DNA of 64,000 nucleotides from Fibrobacteria bacterium (GTDB lineage: Bacteria; Fibrobacterota; Chitinivibrionia; Chitinivibrionales; FEN-1185). The translations under genes were made by a program, and so were the position numbers. Position 1 is the stretch's first letter. Every line of letters starts with the position of its first letter. This document shows positions 1 to 9,996 of the stretch, piece by piece. The stretch covers positions 192,001-256,000 of the forward strand of contig JBBIGR010000001.1 of the NCBI GenBank assembly GCA_037447435.1, given 5' to 3'. Below the pieces are notes generated by a model. That model did no database searches. It was not told where the DNA came from and worked only from the letters and a program-made list of their open reading frames with translations.

Positions 1-1194
1 ATCATACAAATTTCCGACAAAATCAAAGTTGTTCAATCCTATGCCGGAAAACGGATGTGAGGCGATCATATTTGCCGCCACTGCCATTAAATCGAGACGC
101 GACCGAGTCGGCCCCCCATCATCGGCAAAAAAACGAAGAAAGATAATATCTCCCATGCCGGATGCAAAAGTTACGATCACCACAATCAGGGCAATGATAC
201 CGGCAATCAAAACGGAAGACGGTTTAAGGCGCCGGGCTAGCAATGCATTTACAAACATTATAAAACAACACACAATGTATGAAAGAAAGCCGTTTCTAGA
301 AAATGCGGTAAATAGCACCAAAGACCCAATAATGAAGATTAGTATGGCCAGGGTTTTATAGGCGGTCTTTATGCAGATGAAAGCGGACCCAAGTGCAAAC
401 GCCAGCGGACATAATAGCCACGCTGCAAATCCGTTACCTTGACCGATAAGTCCGGTTGTGCGCAAAAAAGTTGTCCCCGCAAGGGTTTCTCCTCCTATTT
501 CCATAACGCCGCCCACTCTGACGGGCATCTGAAACCCGAGAAAATACTGCGCCAGACCTACGGCGCTTTGCAGAACAAGCATGACTAAAAAAGCCGGAAT
601 AATCACCTTGAGCAAATCGTAACGGGATAAAAGGATACGTAATGAAAAGTAAAGAATGATATATTTGACATACCTGAAAAGTTCCCAATAAGTTAATGCC
701 GGATTCTTCGCGGAGCCCAGCGACACGATACATGAGACCATAAAAAGAAGAACAAACGTGTCGAACATTTCCCATCGGGGCAAATTCCTTTTTTCGATTG
801 CCGCGTAATATAATGCTCCCAGTGCGATTAAAATTAAAGGGATGTCGATTACATTGACAACCAATTCGGGCATTGCCCCGCCGTAATGAATCATGACATT
901 GTTGAAAAGAGTACCGTGCGTGAAAACGCGGAACTGCGCCCCGATCCCGCAGCCGGTAATGAGAAGAGCGGTGCTAATGGAAACGTAGTGCTTTGGAAAT
1001 ATTGCCAATAAAGCGGCAAACAGCGTAAAGATAATTGTGGAGTAAAGATATTTTGCTTCCATATCGGAAACCCTGGCTATTATTTCCGCCGCATAGATGC
1101 AGAAAGTAACCATTACCGCTATTTTTAAAAACAACGCCGATTTTTCACGAATACCGAATAACCGCGGCAAAGGCGGGGTTACTGTACCATTCAT
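1..1194 (-). CDS. O-antigen ligase / Wzy polymerase family membrane protein (3' end runs off the window; absent from the ORF track)
   Basis: Hand-translated open frame from ATG at 1194 (MNGTVTPPLPR...). Many TM segments, FSRNG motif, and R-LDLMAVAANMIASHPFSGIGLNNF typical of Wzy_C. Lies directly downstream of wzc-like gene. Confidence 0.85.
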   Translation of the reverse strand, partial: MNGTVTPPLPRLFGIREKSALFLKIAVMVTFCIYAAEIIARVSDMEAKYLYSTIIFTLFAALLAIFPKHYVSISTALLITGCGIGAQFRVFTHGTLFNNVMIHYGGAMPELVVNVIDIPLILIALGALYYAAIEKRNLPRWEMFDTFVLLFMVSCIVSLGSAKNPALTYWELFRYVKYIILYFSLRILLSRYDLLKVIIPAFLVMLVLQSAVGLAQYFLGFQMPVRVGGVMEIGGETLAGTTFLRTTGLIGQGNGFAAWLLCPLAFALGSAFICIKTAYKTLAILIFIIGSLVLFTAFSRNGFLSYIVCCFIMFVNALLARRLKPSSVLIAGIIALIVVIVTFASGMGDIIFLRFFADDGGPTRSRLDLMAVAANMIASHPFSGIGLNNFDFVGNLYD

Positions 1195-1198
1195 GGCT

Positions 1199-3175
1199 TT
1201 ACAACCATTGATAAATAAGTTCGGGGATTTCGTTTTTCCTGCGGTTGAAGATGCAACCGTTTACGGAATGGCCATTGTGGAGCAAGTTATTGATCAAACG
1301 CAATAGTGCGAAACGTTTGGTTTTATTATAAGCGACAACCGGAAAAATAAGGGACGCATATTTGGCAAATGAGATATACAGGGGATCGGCCCGATGCATG
1401 GACATATCGAGAAAGATATGGGTATAACCAAAGTCTTTGAGAATGGAAAATATGGAATCTATGTCTTTTTGCTCGGGTAAACCCGTCATAGGCAAGGCGA
1501 TTTCGAGTACATCCGATTTAATTTGATAGGCTGTCGAAATTTTTTCTTTAATCATTTCCGGTGTCAGCTTGGCGTTCATTGAAAGCTTTTTATTGTTGCG
1601 TACCGACGCGCTCGATTCGGAACAAATATCCATTCGAAGCACCTTATTCGAAGCGCGGCTCGCAACCAATGATGCAATGGACGATGATATATAGCTTGTT
1701 CCAGCCTCCATCGATGGCGCTATGAAAAACGCGACGCAAGGGACAGGCTCGGCATCGATCATATTGACAACGGGTATAAGGTTTCTTGCGGAAGCGGAAT
1801 AAATGTTTCCGCCTGTTGCAAGTTCGAAATCGGGCACCGAAGCGACGATCGGTTTTCGCGTCAAGGCTTCGACATCGGCCACGGAAAACAAATGCGTTGA
1901 TATTGTATTGCGGAAAAACCCGTATCCGAGGGCCAAAATTAATCCTATTATAATGGAAAGGGCGATTATGCGGAGTTTTTTAGGAAAAACGGGGACCATG
2001 GAATCGTGCCCGTATTCTATAACCCGCACCGAAGTCACCGAGGCATTGTCCATGACTGAATTGATAAGCACTTCATTCGACTTTTCATTTGATAATTCGT
2101 AGACGCCTTTTAGTCCTGCAATTTCGCGTTCGAGTTGGTTAATGACAAGCTTGTGCTGCTCAAGCTCGGAAAACCGTTCCTGGTATTTTCTGGTAAGCTG
2201 CTCCCAATTTTCTGTACTTACGTATATCCGCTGTCCGACGAACTTCTTGATTTCCTTTATTTCGTTGGCAGATGCAATTACTTTTCCTTCTTCTTTGCCG
2301 TATCGAGAGCTTAATTCTATATAGTTTAGATCGGCATCGGTCAATTTTGTCTGCAACTGTGCAAACGTAGGGTCATCGGTGACGTTTGCCAAATCGGAGG
2401 CTTTAATTTGTTCGGGATTAAGCCGTTTCAGCAATAAAAGCTTGGATTTTGCTTCCATTAGTTTTTTCTGTATATCCTGATACTCTGATTCCGCATCGAT
2501 GATGTTATATTTTGTTTTAAATGCTTTTAGGGAATCTTCCATATGTTTGAGTTTGAAATTGTACTCGTCGCCGATATATTTGATGGCAGCAGCCGCGCCT
2601 GAATTGGAATACACTTTCAGATGATGCGCTATATAGGCGTCGACGATTGCGTTGACTTTGCGAGTTGCTTCCGCAGGGGAAACGTCGCGATAGCTTACGG
2701 ATATTGCATTGGCCCTATTGACAAAATTAACGGAAAGCTTGCCTCTGAGAATATTGATTGTTTTTTCCTCCTGAGGAACCTTCGGCCGAAGCCAAACAAT
2801 TTCAAGAAATCCGTTTATTGCGTCCTTAAAACCGGCAACGACTATACCAAAGCCTTTTTTCTTTTTCGAGTTTATTTCATTGTCGAGATTCAAATGTTCG
2901 GCGACGGATTTTAAAACCGGATAACTGGTAAGAATTTTTATTTCGCTCGCAATATCTTCGGCACTAACCTGAACGTAGGATGGGGAATTGGCGGTATATT
3001 GGTCCGGCAAAAAGGGTTTTTTATCCCTTCCCGGCAATATCAATATGGTAGAACTGGATTCGTATACCGGTTCGGATGTCACGGCGAAAATAACAGAGAA
3101 AAGGACAATCAGCCCAAATACCGTCACCATGTCCCATTTCCAGCGGAATATTACGACAAGCAAGTCTTTTAACAC
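1199..3175 (-). CDS. Polysaccharide co-polymerase / chain-length determinant (Wzc/GumC type) with degenerate C-terminal kinase-like domain
   Basis: N-terminal TM followed by PVYESSSTILI, coiled-coil periplasmic region, PVFPKK plus second TM, then a CapB-like domain with a degenerate Walker A (APSMEAGTS). Confidence 0.85.
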   Translation of the reverse strand: MLKDLLVVIFRWKWDMVTVFGLIVLFSVIFAVTSEPVYESSSTILILPGRDKKPFLPDQYTANSPSYVQVSAEDIASEIKILTSYPVLKSVAEHLNLDNEINSKKKKGFGIVVAGFKDAINGFLEIVWLRPKVPQEEKTINILRGKLSVNFVNRANAISVSYRDVSPAEATRKVNAIVDAYIAHHLKVYSNSGAAAAIKYIGDEYNFKLKHMEDSLKAFKTKYNIIDAESEYQDIQKKLMEAKSKLLLLKRLNPEQIKASDLANVTDDPTFAQLQTKLTDADLNYIELSSRYGKEEGKVIASANEIKEIKKFVGQRIYVSTENWEQLTRKYQERFSELEQHKLVINQLEREIAGLKGVYELSNEKSNEVLINSVMDNASVTSVRVIEYGHDSMVPVFPKKLRIIALSIIIGLILALGYGFFRNTISTHLFSVADVEALTRKPIVASVPDFELATGGNIYSASARNLIPVVNMIDAEPVPCVAFFIAPSMEAGTSYISSSIASLVASRASNKVLRMDICSESSASVRNNKKLSMNAKLTPEMIKEKISTAYQIKSDVLEIALPMTGLPEQKDIDSIFSILKDFGYTHIFLDMSMHRADPLYISFAKYASLIFPVVAYNKTKRFALLRLINNLLHNGHSVNGCIFNRRKNEIPELIYQWL

Positions 3176-3212
3176 GGGATTCTCGTTTTTTGGGTAAAAG
3201 GTTTAGAAAATA

Positions 3213-4187
3213 TTAAAAGGTCAACGGTATTGTTACACCCACTCCAATGGGTAAGTTTTTCCGAATAAAATCATCCACAAAAACATTGACATCGGTAATC
3301 GGTTTGGACGGAACGAAGACAACATCGCCCGCAGAAAGTGGAAGCTGCGACGCAGTAAATAAATCCTTTGGGAAATCTATACTCGAAATGGAAAGTTTGG
3401 CTCCGTTTCGTTGCACGATTATGATCGTCCCCATCGATGCGCTTTTCATCCACCCTCCCGCAAGACCAAGCGCGGTGCTCAACGTCACCCGGCCCGAGAT
3501 TTGAAAGGCGCCCGGTTTCTGGACTTCCCCGAGAACCGTCACGACATTCAAACTCGAATTTTCGAACAACGGTATTACCTGTAAAGATGCATACGATTTC
3601 GAATACAGCATTTCTACGGTGTCTACAAGTTTTGCGAATGTTTTGCCCGCGCAAACAATGCGGCCGAGAACCGGAAGGGTTATCGCAGAATCCATGCCGA
3701 CAACGGTTTGAAAGACCGGGCCTCGTCCGTTTTGCGGCGACAAAGAAGAAATGATCTCCAATGATCGCGAATTGAACTTTTCAAATGAAATAAGGACCGA
3801 AGCGCTCATGGTAATGGGTTTCAATGATGCCCTGATAAAGTTTTCTATGTCTTTAGCCGACGTTCCTGCAGCAGCTATCGGTTGCGCAATCGGCAAATAC
3901 AGCATTCCGTCGGGGGCAATCGTATATAATCGAGAAATATCTTCTCGATCGGAAACAACGAGGCGTATTTGATCGCCGGGTTCAAGGACGTACATTGTCG
4001 TATCCAGCGGTCTTTTAATCGAGTAGAAGAGGGTTAATTGATCGCCGGTTCGCAACCTATATTCCTGTAATGGCACTTCGATTGTCGTTGTTGAGTTTAC
4101 CGTACGCCGAAGACGACTGTCTATTGAACACCCGGATAAAACGGAGATCAGACCTATTGCCAAGGTCATAAAAACGCACATGTTCAT
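3213..4187 (-). CDS. wza: Polysaccharide export lipoprotein (Wza / Poly_export + SLBB)
   Basis: Lipobox LSGC; YRLRTGDQL and YVLEPGDQI motifs; VLGEVQKPGAF; ALGLAGG; LSAGDVVFVP. Confidence 0.85.
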   Translation of the reverse strand: MNMCVFMTLAIGLISVLSGCSIDSRLRRTVNSTTTIEVPLQEYRLRTGDQLTLFYSIKRPLDTTMYVLEPGDQIRLVVSDREDISRLYTIAPDGMLYLPIAQPIAAAGTSAKDIENFIRASLKPITMSASVLISFEKFNSRSLEIISSLSPQNGRGPVFQTVVGMDSAITLPVLGRIVCAGKTFAKLVDTVEMLYSKSYASLQVIPLFENSSLNVVTVLGEVQKPGAFQISGRVTLSTALGLAGGWMKSASMGTIIIVQRNGAKLSISSIDFPKDLFTASQLPLSAGDVVFVPSKPITDVNVFVDDFIRKNLPIGVGVTIPLTF

Positions 4188-4425
4188 ATTTCTGTTTTCC
4201 TTTAGGCTAAAAAATCATTTCGAATTGTTTGAATAGTGTTATGTTTCGATTTGATTATCGTATCGTAATTTTATTGGAAGATTTTTTTCAAATCTTCAAT
4301 TTTCCATCATACATTCTTAACATATAACAAACACAACAAAAATATTTTGGGAATATTTTCATTATGTAAAATGGTAATGCGTTTTATGTGCTCTATATCA
4401 TCATCTTTGCGGACTATAAATATCG

Positions 4426-6030
4426 ATGCCATCTTCTTCGGACCGATCCATGAATTTATCTAGCTACATCAAATATCTACCTCCCATATCGATTTCGGCT
4501 GGCATGTATGACGTTTTCGGAATTTTTAGAAACAACAAGGAAGCGACGTTTTTCCCTGTTATCAATAATCAAGATACCGTTGTCGGCGTGGTCAGAGAAT
4601 ACAATCTGAAGGATTATACCTACGGTATGTTCGGGAGAGAGCTCATTAAACGGGAACCAATAACCCGGTTCATCACCCAGAGCCTTACCGTATCAATTGA
4701 CACTCCCTTGGAAGAAGTGCTCCGGCTTTCTGCATCCAATGAAAACCCCGACGGCATTATCGTAACAAAGCAAGGTATATACGCTGGCATCGTCCTTAAT
4801 GCAAGTCTTTTGTGGCTGTTTGAAGAAAACCGGAAGCAGACCAGGGCCCGACTGCTTCAGGCACAGAAAATGGAATCCATAGGAACAATGGCAGGCGGCA
4901 TAGCCCATGATTTCAATAATATTCTTATGCCCATCATGGGGTACGCGGAACTTTTGCGAAAATTCATGAAAAAAAAAGACGCGGCTCAAATTTCTTTTAT
5001 CAATCAAATAATCGTTGCCGCAGAACGGGCGCGAGACTTGGTTGCGCAAATTTTAAAATTTTCCAGGCACGGCAGTGAGGAAAAAACCCAGGTGAGTTTG
5101 GCCTCAATGATATCCGAAGTGCTCGAACTGGTCAGGCCGTCCATACCGAAAACCATTGAAATCAACGTGTCAATACAAACAAATTGCAATACCATTCATG
5201 CAAATACCACTGAAATCCATCAGGTTCTCATGAACCTGTGTTCCAATGCGTCCCATGCCATGCGCGAACATGGCGGTGTATTGCAAATAATTCTGGAAGA
5301 TCACGCAGGTCCTATTCTTGGATGGTCGGAAGACACTGTTTTGCCACCGACATCTTGCGTCAGGCTCACCGTACGGGATACCGGACACGGCATACGATCG
5401 GAAATCCTTACCCGAATTTTTGACCCGTTTTTCACAACGAAAAGACAGGGAGAAGGTACGGGCATGGGATTATCGGTTGTCCATGGAATAATTAAAGGAT
5501 GCGGCGGAATAATTTCCGTGGAAAGCGAAGTAAATATGGGCACCGCCTTTCATATTTATTTACCGACTGTTCAACCCGCCGCGCCTGGAGAAAACGATAC
5601 AGATGACGAATCCGTCAATCTTTTTATAAAGCATATTAACATCCTATATATAGACGACGAGCAAATGATTGCGGCAATGGCCGAGGAAATCCTGAGTTAT
5701 TTGGGGTTTTCTATTTCCAGTATTACCGACAGCAGGGCCGCCCTTGACATCTTTTCCGCGAACCCCCGGCAATTCGATATCGTGATAACCGACCAAACCA
5801 TGCCGGGCCTTACCGGGTTGGAACTTTCTCAAAAACTGCTTTCGATCAGGCCGGATTTGCCTATTATTCTTTGTACAGGTTACAGCGAAATCGTTTCGGC
5901 CGAAATGGCAAAAACAATGGGCATTGCCGAATATCTGATCAAGCCTGTTGATTTTGAAAAAATAAGGAAAATAATAATACGCCTTGTAAATGCCTCCGAA
6001 TCCAAACCCGGAAATACGGTACCGTCCTAA
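4426..6030 (+). CDS. Cytoplasmic hybrid sensor histidine kinase (CBS-pair sensor, HisKA, HATPase, receiver)
   Basis: GGIAHDFNN H-box; NLCSNA N-box; DTGHG; FDPFFTTK; GTGMGL; C-terminal REC (IDDE, TDQTMP, KP). No TM. N-terminal CBS-like pair containing FGRELI. Confidence 0.9.
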   Translation: MPSSSDRSMNLSSYIKYLPPISISAGMYDVFGIFRNNKEATFFPVINNQDTVVGVVREYNLKDYTYGMFGRELIKREPITRFITQSLTVSIDTPLEEVLRLSASNENPDGIIVTKQGIYAGIVLNASLLWLFEENRKQTRARLLQAQKMESIGTMAGGIAHDFNNILMPIMGYAELLRKFMKKKDAAQISFINQIIVAAERARDLVAQILKFSRHGSEEKTQVSLASMISEVLELVRPSIPKTIEINVSIQTNCNTIHANTTEIHQVLMNLCSNASHAMREHGGVLQIILEDHAGPILGWSEDTVLPPTSCVRLTVRDTGHGIRSEILTRIFDPFFTTKRQGEGTGMGLSVVHGIIKGCGGIISVESEVNMGTAFHIYLPTVQPAAPGENDTDDESVNLFIKHINILYIDDEQMIAAMAEEILSYLGFSISSITDSRAALDIFSANPRQFDIVITDQTMPGLTGLELSQKLLSIRPDLPIILCTGYSEIVSAEMAKTMGIAEYLIKPVDFEKIRKIIIRLVNASESKPGNTVPS

Positions 6031-6088
6031 AATGCGGCCTTCTCTTCCTTCCGCCCCCTCTCTATTTTATCAAAAAACTATCGTCTTT

Positions 6089-6105
6089 CTAATACCGCTT
6101 TAACA
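6089..6105 (+). promoter_or_regulatory. Putative PhoB/PhoP-type direct repeat (CTAATA-N5-TTAACA)
   Basis: Hexamers 11 bp apart, about 40 nt upstream of the phosphoesterase start codon. Confidence 0.35.
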
Positions 6106-6144
6106 ATTGAATGCGATATTTATTTGTATCTTGGAGGCAATCGA

Positions 6145-6936
6145 ATGAACATCCTTGTACTATCCGATTTGCACATGGCCGACAATCAGCACCTCGGGAC
6201 TTTTGGGTGGGACCCGTTGCATTTTATCGGAAAGTTGGAAGCGGTACGGAAAAATCATGCGGTTGACCAGGTTGTGCTGAACGGCGATATCTTCGATTTA
6301 TATAAAAGCAATTACAACGACATCTTCCATCGCAATAAGGAACTCATCGAATACCTCGACGATATCGGTTCGGTTTTCATCAAGGGAAACCACGACCACG
6401 CCCTTGAATTCGGCCAAGAACATTTCGGCATTGTGAACAGTAAAGGTGAAAAAATTCATATCGAACACGGTCACCGGGGCGATTTTATCAACGGAACATC
6501 GTGCGGAAGACTTTTAGGAAACCTCCTGTATGTTTTCTTAAAAACGGTTTCGCATTTTTCGGTAACGCGAAAATTGTATTTTTGGTGTATGGAACATGAC
6601 GAAGGATTCAGAGGCCACGGCAAATACAATTCGTACAAATACCTCAAATATGCCGTAAAGCTTCTTCACAAATACGATATGGTCGTTCTTGGCCACACCC
6701 ATAAGATGGAATTCCACGACACCTACTGGCAAAGCAATAAAAAAAGATATATCAACAGCGGGTCCTGCTCTTTCGGACGGTTCCAGGGGATAATCATAGA
6801 CACCGAAACGCTTTGCCATTACACTATAAAAATCGACCCGTATCGCAGTTTTGTAAATTCGCAGAATACTTCAAAAAGATCTACGCGGCCGCTCAAACCA
6901 TCTTTTGTCAACAACGGTCGGCTTGTTCCCGTCTGA
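6145..6936 (+). CDS. Calcineurin-like metallophosphoesterase (LpxH2/PlcP-like)
   Basis: SDLH, NGDIFD, GNHD, EHGH and GHTH motifs; GGAGG RBS before ATG 6145. Confidence 0.85.
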   Translation: MNILVLSDLHMADNQHLGTFGWDPLHFIGKLEAVRKNHAVDQVVLNGDIFDLYKSNYNDIFHRNKELIEYLDDIGSVFIKGNHDHALEFGQEHFGIVNSKGEKIHIEHGHRGDFINGTSCGRLLGNLLYVFLKTVSHFSVTRKLYFWCMEHDEGFRGHGKYNSYKYLKYAVKLLHKYDMVVLGHTHKMEFHDTYWQSNKKRYINSGSCSFGRFQGIIIDTETLCHYTIKIDPYRSFVNSQNTSKRSTRPLKPSFVNNGRLVPV

Positions 6937-7049
6937 TTATCTCTATGTAAGTTCTCCCATATTTTTCCTGATTTTTAATTTTCATAAAAAACTATTGGTT
7001 TCATCATTTAATCCAAACAATCTTCGGGTATTTTATTTATCAATTACTC

Positions 7050-7111
7050 CGCACCGAAATGGTGCGTTGGGGGTCTTGGGCGCTGGTCGCCGAAAGGCCC
7101 CTTCTTTTTTT
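7050..7111 (+). terminator. Two hairpins, the second followed by a T-tract; likely terminator between convergent genes
   Basis: CGCACC-gaaat-GGTGCG (7050-7066), then GGGGTCTT...AAGGCCCC (7070-7101) followed by TTCTTTTTTT. Confidence 0.6.
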
Positions 7112-7652
7112 ATGCGATAAAAACAGCAGACGCGACAACGGTTGTCCACAGTCCGTTTTTGTTTCCCTCCATTGATTGACATATGTGGCTTGCCCTGAAA
7201 ATCATGCCGCTCGCACGGTAGGTAGCCTTACGTGCGTCCCAGGCGGAATTTGGGTCAAACTGTATTCCCAATGTCGAAGCCAGCATTGTTGCAGCAAGAT
7301 CTTCCGCAAAATCTCCTGCAAAATCCGCAGTCTGGCCGAATGCATGATGTTCCGAAAGATAACCGTATTGTTTGCGGTCTTTGGGCATGGCAACCCCAAT
7401 CGCGGCGGAGATAAGCCTGTTGGGTTCATCGGTTTCGTTTCGTGCCATAACGCAATACACGATCTCACCGGCCTGCAAATAGGAAAGCCCTTCGCTTTTG
7501 GGCACTATTTCGCAACGAGGCGGAAGGATGCTTGACACATAAACTAGATTGAACTTTTCGATTCCAGCATTGCGAAGCGCAAGTTCGAATGAGGACAATC
7601 TATTTTTATCGGTTCCGACGCCCTTGGTCAGAAACATTTTTTGAGGAACCAT
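7110..7652 (-). CDS. pdaD: Pyruvoyl-dependent arginine decarboxylase
   Basis: [35 protein letters not shown] (Ser-Ser self-cleavage site); GYLSEHH. Confidence 0.92.
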   Translation of the reverse strand: MVPQKMFLTKGVGTDKNRLSSFELALRNAGIEKFNLVYVSSILPPRCEIVPKSEGLSYLQAGEIVYCVMARNETDEPNRLISAAIGVAMPKDRKQYGYLSEHHAFGQTADFAGDFAEDLAATMLASTLGIQFDPNSAWDARKATYRASGMIFRASHICQSMEGNKNGLWTTVVASAVFIA

Positions 7653-7670
7653 GATTTCTCCTGGTTTGTT

Positions 7671-8573
7671 TTAGGCATGTTTTTGTATTTTATGAGGATA
7701 TATTTCCCTCATTGCAAGCATCGTATAGCACAGCTGCGCCGCACCGTATTCAGTAACCACATCATGGGGCCGCGGCGCTACTTCGACAATATCTGCGCCG
7801 ATTACATTTTTTTTAAGGAATAATACCTTGAGTAACGATATCGTGTAGTACCATTCGAGTCCCCCCTGCACCGGTGTTCCTGTTGCCGGAAGATGGGCCG
7901 GATCCAGACCGTCGGCATCGATTGTAATGTAGACATCGCGGGTCTTTATGGACTCAACGATATCGGCAGGCGAAGGCACGGACCCTATTCCCCATTCAAA
8001 AACCCTGACCCCATTTTCAAGTGCAAATTCACGCTCTTCCTTTGAAAATGCCCGAGCACCCACATTCACTACCTGAAAGCCCAATTCCCGGGCTCGCCGC
8101 ATGACCGTGGAATGCGCATACTGCCCGTGAGGCGCCTCGCTGTAATCGGTATCGTCATTGCGCAAATCAAGGTGTGCATCTATTTGACATATTGTTATTT
8201 TCGTCGGGTCCGTTTTCGACGCAATAGCCTGAAACGCGCCGGTTGAAACAGAGTGTTCGCCGCCGAGCATAAAAACAAATGGGCCATTGTCGATGCATTG
8301 GGAATATTCCTTTTTGACACGAGACACCATGGCGCTCGGCGAAAGCCGGTTGAGGCCGCTTAATTCTTTTAACGCAACTTTCCGGTTTGGCGACGGGAGT
8401 GAATTTGTGAAGCGGTCCCAATTTTCGATTTGGCTCGTCAAGCTCGACATTATTGCTTTGGGTGCCTTCGAAGTCCCTTTGAGATACGACGCTGTCTTCT
8501 CGTACGGTGCGCAGAGAACAACGATCGTCGCTTTTGCAGGGTCTTTACAATTAATTTTGAGTCCCGTGTGCAT
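7671..8573 (-). CDS. speB: Agmatinase (ureohydrolase family)
   Basis: GGEHS, DAHLD, IDADGLDP..PATGTP, DIVEV motifs; AGGAGG RBS before ATG 8573; adjacent to arginine decarboxylase. Confidence 0.9.
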   Translation of the reverse strand: MHTGLKINCKDPAKATIVVLCAPYEKTASYLKGTSKAPKAIMSSLTSQIENWDRFTNSLPSPNRKVALKELSGLNRLSPSAMVSRVKKEYSQCIDNGPFVFMLGGEHSVSTGAFQAIASKTDPTKITICQIDAHLDLRNDDTDYSEAPHGQYAHSTVMRRARELGFQVVNVGARAFSKEEREFALENGVRVFEWGIGSVPSPADIVESIKTRDVYITIDADGLDPAHLPATGTPVQGGLEWYYTISLLKVLFLKKNVIGADIVEVAPRPHDVVTEYGAAQLCYTMLAMREIYPHKIQKHA

Positions 8574-9031
8574 ACCGCCTCCTTTTTGTACAATATAGTA
8601 TTCCGTCACGCGGGATATGGAACGGGAAATGGGCCGAATTCAAGGAAATCGGTGTATCTAGTTAAAAAGACTATACTAAATAATATTTATGGAGATTATT
8701 TAGACTCAGTTATCAATTTGTTAGGAAATTATATCGGCATTATTTTCTTGGAACACATTGTTTTCATGCATTGTTTTGAGCGGGAAAACCCATTATTTTA
8801 TATCGGGTGTCAAGGTTATTGATTATGGAGCAAAAAGCTGCATACTAAAATCACAGTTAAATAAATTGAATTATGAAATATTTATTTTGGCCGATTGTAT
8901 TTGGCCAATCGGATCCACCCCCCTGTTTTGATCTGCCAATTATGATGTTTTGTTGAGATATTAAAACCAGCAAAGAATGTCGGTATAATTAATTGCACGA
9001 TGAAATTTATAAAATTCATAAATTCCTTTTT

Positions 9032-9922
9032 TTATGGAAAGGAATGCGGTGCGGGAGGCTTGTCGTTTGGCCCGTAGAATTTTGAGGTCGGCGGTGTGTT
9101 GCCAAAAAGATTCGACGATGCTGTTTGCGTTTGGGAAGGAGTCAAATTAAAGCCGTTCGGGGGATTTGGAGCTGCTTGTTCCTGTGTACCATCGGGGTTT
9201 GTGGGAATCATTTTTGTCAGGCCGTTATAAGTCGTTTGGCCAGGCGCTACAGGCTGTATTTGAGGCGGTGGCGGCGGGGCCCAGGCACTCAGAACCGGCT
9301 GTGAAACTGGGCTACTATTCTTTTTTGTCGTATCTTTTGGCGGATTGATCATCATCGGGTTTCCATCGAGCATGAGCATTCCTGAATGGGGATCCGACGA
9401 AATGCCCTTCGATGCAAACGGCAACCCGCCGAAACCTGCTGTTTTAGGGCGTTTTGCATCACTTTTACAAATGCGCACATAAACCGGTTTTTTCGCGTCG
9501 GTAGGTAACTGCGCCTCGATAATGCTTTCACGCTGGAGCATATTCCCGTTATTATCAGTAAACTGCATGATCAGGACGAGTGGCGTCTTCTGCTGATTGG
9601 ACGCCGCCTGTTTTAAGGAACTGCACAGTGAAATCGATTCTATTTTCGGCACATCGGAAAAGCGGTCCGACGCGACCGTATCTTTGAGATATTTCTTGAT
9701 ATATGCATAGTCGTTACGGTACAAGTAACATTGCAGCGTATCGTTATTCATTGAAAACCGCTGGGCCGACCCGACGGATCCGGTGACGGTTTCCACAGCA
9801 GTGTTGACCTGTACCCGAAACCATGCCAGATTCGTGTCGCAATACGTGGAAATGGAAAAAAGAAAAACCAAAGCCATTGACCTAAACGGTATGGAGGAGA
9901 GGTTTACAGTCTTAAAGCGCAT
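9032..9922 (-). CDS. Hypothetical exported protein with Pro/Gln/Thr-rich disordered C-terminus
   Basis: 296-aa ORF with hydrophobic N-terminal segment, AAGGA RBS, and a low-complexity tail (PPPPPQIQP...). Confidence 0.6.
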   Translation of the reverse strand: MRFKTVNLSSIPFRSMALVFLFSISTYCDTNLAWFRVQVNTAVETVTGSVGSAQRFSMNNDTLQCYLYRNDYAYIKKYLKDTVASDRFSDVPKIESISLCSSLKQAASNQQKTPLVLIMQFTDNNGNMLQRESIIEAQLPTDAKKPVYVRICKSDAKRPKTAGFGGLPFASKGISSDPHSGMLMLDGNPMMINPPKDTTKKNSSPVSQPVLSAWAPPPPPQIQPVAPGQTTYNGLTKMIPTNPDGTQEQAAPNPPNGFNLTPSQTQTASSNLFGNTPPTSKFYGPNDKPPAPHSFP

Positions 9923-9940
9923 TGGTTTTTCCTTTTAACG

Positions 9941-9978
9941 AAAAAGGAACCTGCAATCCGGGGAGGATTGCGGGTTCC
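9941..9978 (-). terminator. Intrinsic terminator
   Basis: 14-bp inverted repeat GGAACCTGCAATCC / GGATTGCGGGTTCC with one mismatch, plus a T5 tail on the minus strand. Confidence 0.75.
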
Positions 9979-9996
9979 ACTCGGAAGAAAACCTAC

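Noticed and set aside
29..1306. Short ORF-track calls at 29-361, 434-775 and 1097-1306
   Set aside because: They are shadows of the minus-strand Wzy/ligase gene (1-1194) and the wzc end.
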